In this document: piece after piece, positions 57,064 through 64,000 of the stretch | Position numbering within the stretch: position 1 is the stretch's first letter | Layout of the letters: each line of letters opens with the position of its first letter | Assembly: GCA_035353995.1 (NCBI GenBank) | Contig: DAOQAL010000001.1 | Span: forward strand, 4,020-68,019 | From: Minisyncoccota bacterium | GTDB lineage: Bacteria > Patescibacteriota > Minisyncoccia > Phycocordibacterales > UBA9973 | DNA length: 64,000 nt | Reading direction: 5' to 3' | Notes under the pieces: model-generated | Told to the model about the DNA's origin: nothing | The model's database searches: none | The model's input: only the letters and a program-made list of their open reading frames with translations | Program-made: the position numbers and the translations under genes

Positions 57064-59175
57064 TTAATTTTTCTTAAAAAAGTCCTTGTCTGCGGCTTTT
57101 ATAGAAAGACCAATTTTATCATTCTCAGAATCAACTTTTATTACTTTTACAGGCACGATCATTCCTTCTTTCATTATATCTCTAACTTGCTCAACTCGGA
57201 ATGGTGCAATTTCAGAAATGTGAACTAAGCCATCTGTAAAATCATTTAATCTAACGAATGCTCCAAACTCTGCAATCCTAACAACTTCTCCTTTTAGAAT
57301 TTCTCCAACTTTAAATTCATGAGTCATTTCTTCAACAATTTTTTTGGCTTTTTCTGCTGAATCTCCTTTCCCTGTAAAGTATACTGTTCCATCATCTTCA
57401 ATTGTTATTTCAGCTCCAGATTTTTCTTTAATTTCTTTAATTGTTTTTCCACCTGAACCAATAACTAAACCAATTTTGTCTGGATTAATTTTTGTTGTTA
57501 GAATTTTTGGTGCATTAGGAGAAATTTCTGCACGTGGTTTTGAAATTTCTTTTTCTATTGTATCCAAAATAGATAATCTTGCTTTTTTAGATTGAATCAT
57601 TGCTTCTCCTAATATTTTTACTGGCACTCCTTCAACTTTTACATCAAGCTGAATTGCAGTTATACCTTCCCTAGTTCCAGCAACTTTAAAATCCATATCA
57701 CCATGATGATCTTCTGGTCCTTGTATGTCCGTTAAAACCTTATATTTATTATCATTTTCGTACATCAAGCCCATAGCAATTCCAGCGACAGGAGCTTTTA
57801 TTGGTACTCCTCCATCCATAAGTGCTAATGTTGAAGCACAAATAGAAGCCTGAGAAGTAGAACCATTTGATGCCATAGATTCAGAAACGATTCTAATCGT
57901 ATATGGAAATTCATCCACTTCTGGCAATATCATTGCAATTGCTTTTTCTGCTAATGCGCCATGTCCAATTTCTCTACGATTTGTGCTTCCCATTCTTCCA
58001 ACTTCTCCAGCTGAATATGGTGGAAAATTATAGTGATGCATAAATCTTTTTTCTGTTTTTGTTTCCATGCTATCTATTAAATTTTTATCTTCAGGACCAC
58101 CAAGAGTTAGTACAGAAAGAACGTGCGTTCCACCTCTATAGAAAATTCCTGAACCATGCAAAATACTAGAAATACCTCCAGCTTGTGCATACAATTCACG
58201 AAGTCCATCCATTGCTCTTCCATCTGGACGTTTATTTTCATTAATTGCTTTTTCATGAATCATTCTATTCTCTGTGCTATCAAATAAATCATCTTCTGTA
58301 GAAAAATCTTCTCTGTCTGGATAAGTGTCTTCTACTAATTTATTCCAAATATTATGCAACTCATCAATTTTCTTTTTTCCTGGACCTGAAAAAATAGCTT
58401 CTTCCATTTTTGGCAAAATATTTTCATTAAAAAGCTTTACTGATTCTGGTACGATTTCTGCCTTTTCGATAACTCTTTTTTCTTTTCCAATTTCTTTTGC
58501 AATATTTTTTTGGAAATTTTCTAATTTAGCTATCTCTTCTGTTGCAAATAGTAATGCTTTTTCTATTTCATCTTCTTTTGTCTGATGAGCAGATGCTTCA
58601 ATCATATTTATATTTCCATCTTTTCCACAAACAGTAAGATCAAATTTATATTTATTATCTTCTTCTCGTAAGCTTTGAGGAGGATTAATAACTAAATTAT
58701 CACTATCGTATTTACCAACACGAACACATCCTACAGGACCTGCCCATGGAATATTTGAAACTAAAAGCGCAAGAGATGCTGCATTAACTGCAAGTATTGT
58801 AGGATCATTATCATCAACAGACAAAACTGTTACTATTATTTGTACTGCATGACGCATTGATTGATCAAAAAGAGGTCTTAATGTTCTATCGATTACGCGA
58901 CTTGCTAAAATAGCGTCTTCTGATGGCCTGCCTTCTCTACGAGTAAATCTTGAACCTAAAATTTTTCCTGCTGCGTAAAACTTTTCAGCATAATCAACGG
59001 TTAGGTTGAAAAAACCAAGGCCTTGTTGCTTATCATGAGACATACATGCTGTTGCAAGCACTATTGTCTCGCCATATTTAAGCATCACAGATCCGTGTGC
59101 TTGTTCTGTTAAATTAGAGAAAACAGCAGTTAGCGTTTTCCCTCCAATTTCTACACTATATTCTTTCTTTTCCAT
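57064..59175 (-). CDS. pnp: Polyribonucleotide nucleotidyltransferase (PNPase)
   Basis: Two RNase PH domains, KH (GLVIGSGGKTIKEIKE) and S1 (GEILKGEVVRIAEFGAFV) domains. 703 aa. Confidence 0.9.
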   Translation of the reverse strand: MEKKEYSVEIGGKTLTAVFSNLTEQAHGSVMLKYGETIVLATACMSHDKQQGLGFFNLTVDYAEKFYAAGKILGSRFTRREGRPSEDAILASRVIDRTLRPLFDQSMRHAVQIIVTVLSVDDNDPTILAVNAASLALLVSNIPWAGPVGCVRVGKYDSDNLVINPPQSLREEDNKYKFDLTVCGKDGNINMIEASAHQTKEDEIEKALLFATEEIAKLENFQKNIAKEIGKEKRVIEKAEIVPESVKLFNENILPKMEEAIFSGPGKKKIDELHNIWNKLVEDTYPDREDFSTEDDLFDSTENRMIHEKAINENKRPDGRAMDGLRELYAQAGGISSILHGSGIFYRGGTHVLSVLTLGGPEDKNLIDSMETKTEKRFMHHYNFPPYSAGEVGRMGSTNRREIGHGALAEKAIAMILPEVDEFPYTIRIVSESMASNGSTSQASICASTLALMDGGVPIKAPVAGIAMGLMYENDNKYKVLTDIQGPEDHHGDMDFKVAGTREGITAIQLDVKVEGVPVKILGEAMIQSKKARLSILDTIEKEISKPRAEISPNAPKILTTKINPDKIGLVIGSGGKTIKEIKEKSGAEITIEDDGTVYFTGKGDSAEKAKKIVEEMTHEFKVGEILKGEVVRIAEFGAFVRLNDFTDGLVHISEIAPFRVEQVRDIMKEGMIVPVKVIKVDSENDKIGLSIKAADKDFFKKN

Positions 59176-59374
59176 ATTTTTTTACCCACCCACAAGGCGA
59201 GTTTCAGTTTACCTTCAGACTGTAATATTGTTCTCTACCTTATCTCTTAAAAGAAATCAGGTGAACACTACTATCTGTCTAAAGGCAAACTTATTAACTA
59301 ATAAATACTAGGCTTATAGTAGCATTTTAAAGGTAAAATGCAAAAGAAAAACTATTATATCTTTGATAAATCAA

Positions 59375-59410
59375 AGAGCCCCTATGCAAGCTAGCTTGCA
59401 TAGGGGCTCT
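59375..59410 (-). terminator. Perfect 16-bp-arm palindrome hairpin between the NYN gene and pnp
   Basis: AGAGCCCCTATGCAAGC-TAGC-TTGCATAGGGGCTCT. This could be a terminator or an RNase III-type processing stem in the rpsO-pnp leader. Confidence 0.45.
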
Positions 59411-59423
59411 TGTAAGCTAGGTT

Positions 59424-59930
59424 TTATTTAACTCCCATTAAATATTTCTTTGGATTTTCAGACATATCTATGAAATCATCTGCTGTTTCGCGAAGTTTTG
59501 CGGAAGTAGATTTTCCAAAAGACATGACTTCAACTTGAGTCATTGTTTCTAAGTATTGTACAAGTGGTACAAAGTCACCATCACCTGAAACTATTACGAT
59601 AGTGTCTAGCCTTGGTGCTGTTTTAATAGCATCAACGGCAAGACCAACGTCCCAATCTCCTTTTTTTGTTCCTGTATGAAAAATCTGTAAATCTTTTGTC
59701 TTGGTTTCAATTCCAAGCTTAGTAAGCGCTTCAAAAAAATGTTTTTCATCACCTGCTTCTGTCCTAATGACATAAGCTACTGCATGCACTAATTTTCTTC
59801 CAGCTACTGCTTCTTTCAAAACAGCACCGAAATTAACTCTTGCTTTATATAAATTTCGAGCGGAATGATATAAATTTTGTGTATCTATAAAAACTCCAAC
59901 TCTTTGTTCTTTGTGTTTAATTACTGTCAT
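59424..59930 (-). CDS. NYN-domain (LabA/PIN-like) protein
   Basis: VFIDTQNLYHSAR...DVGLAVDAI...IVIVSGDGDFVPLV is the NYN/LabA acidic-residue pattern. Confidence 0.75.
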   Translation of the reverse strand: MTVIKHKEQRVGVFIDTQNLYHSARNLYKARVNFGAVLKEAVAGRKLVHAVAYVIRTEAGDEKHFFEALTKLGIETKTKDLQIFHTGTKKGDWDVGLAVDAIKTAPRLDTIVIVSGDGDFVPLVQYLETMTQVEVMSFGKSTSAKLRETADDFIDMSENPKKYLMGVK

Positions 59931-60018
59931 ATATAAAAATTAAATTATTAAATTATAAAATCGACCAATAGAAAAAGTATAGCATAAAAGCTACATAAAA
60001 TTTATGTATCAAAAACAC

Positions 60019-60282
60019 TTAGTTTAAATCCATCTTCTTTAGAAGAGCATTGTAACGAGTTTTATCTTTACGTTCCAAATACTTTAAATGAGTACGCCTA
60101 TCAGCTACCATTTTTATAAGACCTCGGCGTGAATGATTATCTTTTTTATGTTTCTTTAAATGTTTTGTAAGTTCAGCGATTTGAGTAGACAAAACAGCCA
60201 CCTGCACCTCAGGAGAACCTGTATCTTTCTCGTGAATCCTGTTTTTCTTTATGATTAATTGCTTTTTCTTTGTTGCTAACAT
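60019..60282 (-). CDS. rpsO: 30S ribosomal protein S15 (start taken at MLATKKK)
   Basis: TGSPEVQVAVLSTQIAELTKHLKKHKKDNHSRRGLIKMVADRRTHLKYL is the S15 signature. Confidence 0.85.
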   Translation of the reverse strand: MLATKKKQLIIKKNRIHEKDTGSPEVQVAVLSTQIAELTKHLKKHKKDNHSRRGLIKMVADRRTHLKYLERKDKTRYNALLKKMDLN

Positions 60283-60360
60283 ACTTATTATACTAGCATA
60301 AACCGTTAAAAATTGCAAGACCCATGGTTACGTCGCACAATGTTGTGTTAAACTATAAGT

Positions 60361-61278
60361 GTGGCAACAGAAATAGACAATTTAAAAAGAGAGTTTTTGG
60401 AATATCTAGAAATTGAAAAAGGTTCTAGTTTAAAAACTGTTGAAAATTACGAAAGGTATTTAAATAGATTTTTAGAATTTGGAAAAATAACAAAACCAAA
60501 AGATATTACAGATTCAGTAGTTCGAGAATTTCGACTTTTTTTAAATCGTCAAGCATCTGGAAACAACAGAGCAACTGGTGAAACTTTAAAAAAGAAAACT
60601 CAAAATTATTATTTGATAGGTTTAAGAATTTTTCTAAAATATTTGGCAAAACATAAAATAGAAAGTTTGCCAGCAGAAAGAATAGAGCTTGCAAAAGTTC
60701 CAGAGCGTTCACTTGATTTAATAGATCCAGACGAACTGAACCGATTACTAGTAGCGCCGGATGGAAACAGTATCAAATCTCTTAGAGACAGAGCAATACT
60801 GTATCTTCTTTTTTCAACTGGACTTCGCGTATCTGAACTTTGCTCTTTGACGAGAGATATAAATTTTTCATCTGGAGAATTTTCAATACGTGGAAAAGGA
60901 GGAAAGGTTAGAGTCGTTTTTATTTCTGATGAAGCAAAAAAAACTATCAGCGATTATTTGAAAGAAAGAAAAGATATGGATGATGCTCTTTTTGTAAAAG
61001 TTGGAGATGAAAAAAGTAAAAATGAAAAAGAAGGATTGTCTCGTAGGTCGATAGAAAGAATTGTAAAACACTACGCTATAAAAGCTGGGATTTCAAAAAA
61101 AGTTACACCGCATGTTATAAGACATTGTTTCGCTACAGACTTACTTTCGAATGGAGCAGACATTCGTTCTGTACAAATAATGCTTGGACATTCAAACATA
61201 GCAACAACACAAATATACACACACGTTACAGATAAGCAATTACGTGAAGTACACAAAAAATTTCACAGTAGCAAATAA
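60361..61278 (+). CDS. xerC: Tyrosine site-specific recombinase XerC/XerD family (GTG start)
   Basis: N-terminal SAM-like domain, catalytic R...HxxR...Y (RHCFATDLL...GHSNIATTQIYTHV), and Arg in GLRVSEL. Confidence 0.85.
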   Translation: MATEIDNLKREFLEYLEIEKGSSLKTVENYERYLNRFLEFGKITKPKDITDSVVREFRLFLNRQASGNNRATGETLKKKTQNYYLIGLRIFLKYLAKHKIESLPAERIELAKVPERSLDLIDPDELNRLLVAPDGNSIKSLRDRAILYLLFSTGLRVSELCSLTRDINFSSGEFSIRGKGGKVRVVFISDEAKKTISDYLKERKDMDDALFVKVGDEKSKNEKEGLSRRSIERIVKHYAIKAGISKKVTPHVIRHCFATDLLSNGADIRSVQIMLGHSNIATTQIYTHVTDKQLREVHKKFHSSK

Positions 61279-61295
61279 ATTAGTATAATAAAGAA

Positions 61296-61943
61296 ATGCA
61301 ATATCACGAACATAAAAAATATTTCGAAGTAGCTTACAAAAATGGTGCTGATATCTGGACTCATTTACCTATAGAAGCACGAGGAGAAAAACTAACGGAA
61401 AGATTAAAAATGGGATCTTATATTTTAGATATTGGTTCAGGAAGAGGACTTTTTGCAAAACAATTAGCTGATAATGGTTACAAAGTTGTTGGTATAGATT
61501 TTGAAAAAAATATAGTTGAAAAAGCAAATTCTCAAATAAAAGATTGGGGACTTTTTGGAAAATTAAAATTTATTGAAGCTGATGTATTAGACATACCACT
61601 AACAGATGAAAGTTTTGATGGCATTTGCGATTTTGGTTTACTAGAAAATTTATATCATGAAGATTGGGAACAATATGCAAATGAAATAACAAGAGTTTTA
61701 AAACCTGGAGGATTTTATTTGAATGTTTCTTTATCTAGAGAGACTCAAAAATTTTTTGAATTTAATCCCAAAAATTCTCTAAGTGGAGAATTCCAAAAAT
61801 ATGGTGTTCATTATCATTTTTTTGACAAAGAAGAAATGGAAAAAATATTTGCTGGAAAATTAAAAATAATTTCTCAAGAAAACAAACATATCTCACAAAA
61901 ACCAGCTGATACTATTTTACTTGAAACACTTTTTCAAAAATAA
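61296..61943 (+). CDS. Class I SAM-dependent methyltransferase
   Basis: Motif I LDIGSGRGLF, motif post-I VVGIDF, and motif II/III region. Confidence 0.7.
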   Translation: MQYHEHKKYFEVAYKNGADIWTHLPIEARGEKLTERLKMGSYILDIGSGRGLFAKQLADNGYKVVGIDFEKNIVEKANSQIKDWGLFGKLKFIEADVLDIPLTDESFDGICDFGLLENLYHEDWEQYANEITRVLKPGGFYLNVSLSRETQKFFEFNPKNSLSGEFQKYGVHYHFFDKEEMEKIFAGKLKIISQENKHISQKPADTILLETLFQK

Positions 61944-62730
61944 AAGCTGTGAAACATATATGAAAATAATTTCTTGGAACACAAATGGATTACGTGCAAC
62001 TGCAAAACAAGGCTTCTTTATTCCATTATTTAAACAACAAAATCCTGATATTGTTTGTTTTCAAGAAACAAAAGTTGAACCAGATCAATTAGAAGAATCA
62101 GTGAGAAACATTCCAATGTTTCACTCTTACTTCTCATATTCAAAGTTAAAAAAAGGATATAGTGGTGTTGCAATTTATACAAAAGAAAAACCAAGAGAAG
62201 TTTTTTATGGAATGGGAATAAAAAAATTTGATGATGAAGGAAGAATGGTTGGAATAAAATGTAAAAATTTTACATTAATAAACTGTTACTTCCCTAATGG
62301 TGGTGCAGGTCCAGATCGACTAAAATATAAATTAGAATTTTATGAAAGTTTTTTAAAATTTATTTTAAAACTTCGTAAGAATGGTGAGAATGTTATTTTT
62401 TGTGGAGATGTAAATACTTCTCACAAAGAAATAGACTTAGCTCGCCCAAAAGAAAATATAGAGAATACTGGATTCTTACCCATCGAACGTGCTTGGATTG
62501 ATAAAGTAATAAAAAATAATTTTGTAGATATTTTTAGAAAATTTTATCCAAATAAAATTGGTGCATATACGTACTGGGATCAAAAAACAAGAGCTCGTGA
62601 TCGTAATGTAGGGTGGCGTTTAGATTATTTTTTTGCTGACAAAAAAATCACAACAAAAATAAAAAACACAGGTATGCTATCAAATTATTATGGATCAGAT
62701 CATTGTCCTATTTGGATTGAAATTAGTTAA
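61921..62730 (+). CDS. xth: Exodeoxyribonuclease III / AP endonuclease
   Basis: ISWNTNGLRA, CFQETK, GDVNTSH and the C-terminal DHCPIWIE are EEP-family Xth motifs. Confidence 0.85.
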   Translation: MKHFFKNKSCETYMKIISWNTNGLRATAKQGFFIPLFKQQNPDIVCFQETKVEPDQLEESVRNIPMFHSYFSYSKLKKGYSGVAIYTKEKPREVFYGMGIKKFDDEGRMVGIKCKNFTLINCYFPNGGAGPDRLKYKLEFYESFLKFILKLRKNGENVIFCGDVNTSHKEIDLARPKENIENTGFLPIERAWIDKVIKNNFVDIFRKFYPNKIGAYTYWDQKTRARDRNVGWRLDYFFADKKITTKIKNTGMLSNYYGSDHCPIWIEIS

Positions 62731-62954
62731 CAATATAGAGGGTTCCCTTTTGGGAAAATTATTAGATTAATAAAAAAAATATGATTGAAGGAAATTGGAA
62801 AAAACTTCCAGAAGAAATAAAAACTATAAAACCTAAAAAGTTAGAAAAACAAAAAACAGACTATGAGATAGAAGAAGAAATTGAACAGGAGAAAAAAGAA
62901 GATTCGGGATGGAAAAAGTTAGATCCAAAAAATTATAAAATTTAAGAGATATTT

Positions 62955-63770
62955 TTATATTTCTACAACCTCCGATTTTGTATTTTTCCCAAACCACTTT
63001 TCTGTTAGATTGGCGACATTTTTTGTCATATCTGTAAATAAAATTTTAGTTGTTCTTTTTTTAGATAATTGTTTTTCGATTTCAGGATGTCGCATAAAAT
63101 AATTTTTTAATTTTTTAGGAATGAGTTCATCTTGAGAAATAACTTTAACTTTCGATCCAGTGATTTTTCTTATTTCATTTTTGAAAAAAGGATAATGAGT
63201 ACAACCAAGAGCTATTGCTTCTGGTTTTTTATTTAACAATGGTTTCAAATATTTTACTAAAAATGGTTTCGCCAAAACCTTCTCCCCTTCTTCAGCAAGT
63301 GGCACTAAAATAGGTGCAGAGTTTTGAAAAACTTTTGTTATACAAATAGGTGAATTAATTTTCAAATTAACTTTTTTTATTTCTTCTGGAAAAGTATTTG
63401 AATCAATTGTGCCATTAGTTCCTAGCACTCCAACACTTTTAAATTTTCCGCACTCTTCAGCAGTTGGAATTAAAACTCCAAGTACTTTTCTATCTGGAAA
63501 ATTTTTTATTAAATATTCTTGTTGTATTCTACGTAATGCTCTTGCTGAAGCTGTATTGCAAGCAACAATAACAATTGCACAATTTTCTTTTCTAAATAAA
63601 AAATCTACAGCTTGTTTTGTAAATTCAAAAACAGTTTCGTAAGAACGATTTCCATACGGAACTCTTTTTGTATCACCTAAATATACATAATCATATTCTG
63701 GCATAGATTTTTTAATTGCTCTTGCCAGGATAAGTCCACCTAAACCAGAATCAAAAATTCCTATCTTCAT
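62955..63770 (-). CDS. murI: Glutamate racemase
   Basis: IGIFDSGLGGL, VIVACNTASA and the GCTHYP catalytic cysteine contexts. Confidence 0.85.
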   Translation of the reverse strand: MKIGIFDSGLGGLILARAIKKSMPEYDYVYLGDTKRVPYGNRSYETVFEFTKQAVDFLFRKENCAIVIVACNTASARALRRIQQEYLIKNFPDRKVLGVLIPTAEECGKFKSVGVLGTNGTIDSNTFPEEIKKVNLKINSPICITKVFQNSAPILVPLAEEGEKVLAKPFLVKYLKPLLNKKPEAIALGCTHYPFFKNEIRKITGSKVKVISQDELIPKKLKNYFMRHPEIEKQLSKKRTTKILFTDMTKNVANLTEKWFGKNTKSEVVEI

Positions 63771-64000
63771 ATTTTTTATCTTAACACATTTTTTTTATTT
63801 CTTGTTTTGCTTTTTTCTAAAATTTGTGTTATTATTATAATGTTTATAAACATAACTTATAAAACATATGCTCAAGAGAATAGAATGTTTAGTCTCAGCA
63901 CAAAGAGTTGGTTATAGTTATCTCCTTTGGATTGGCAAGACTGCTATTAGTTTGGGTTTAAAAGGTCTAGCTTTTATAAAAGACGATGGTAGCATACAGA

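Noticed and set aside
62782-62946. 54-aa plus-strand K/E-rich ORF between xth and murI
   Set aside because: Short, low-complexity and below the ORF-track threshold, with no flanking promoter or terminator signals. Insufficient support.
1-64000. CRISPR arrays, rRNA or tRNA genes
   Set aside because: No regularly spaced direct repeats and no tRNA-like cloverleaf signatures (T-loop GTTCRANTC plus acceptor) were found in any intergenic region. The intergenic hairpins are simple A-run/GC-stem/T-run terminators.

Overview
This is a low-GC (about 28-30%), gene-dense window, mostly on the minus strand, that looks like a reduced Patescibacteria/CPR-type or similar small bacterial genome. Most of it is core information-processing genes: recA (5' end at or before the window edge), efp, the rpsF-ssb-rpsR cluster, metG, glyQS, recO, ileS, argS, dut, tmk, glyA, rnhA, recJ, pgk, tpiA, nusA, tig-clpP, rny, hup, lexA, comM, pnp, rpsO, xerC/D, xth and murI. 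There is a membrane proton-translocating pyrophosphatase (K+-independent type), and a type IV pilus / competence block: pilB, pilC, three prepilin-like genes, a PilX-like giant minor pilin, a CARDB-repeat surface protein, and a comEC split into two ORFs. No rRNA, tRNA or CRISPR was seen. The observations I rate highest are listed here. (1) The ileS ORF carries an embedded domain of about 200 aa with all the catalytic motifs of the histidine-phosphatase (PGM-like) superfamily, inserted between the CP/zinc region and the KMSKS half. (2) A T-box-like leader sits immediately upstream of ileS on the minus strand, with an Ile codon in Stem I, an AAGGUGGUACCACG T-box core and an intrinsic terminator. 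(3) Between argS and the T-box lies an unassigned GC-rich structured non-coding segment of about 550 nt, with its own outward promoter and a plus-strand terminator. (4) An IS200/RAYT-type Y1 (HUH) transposase gene is bracketed by two copies of a perfect 25-nt palindrome (REPtron-like). (5) A Cheo-type SOS box (TGAACGAGCGTTCA) lies upstream of a GC-atypical GIY-YIG, small ORF and lexA operon. Several compositionally atypical (about 40% GC) islets carry lipoprotein or nuclease genes.
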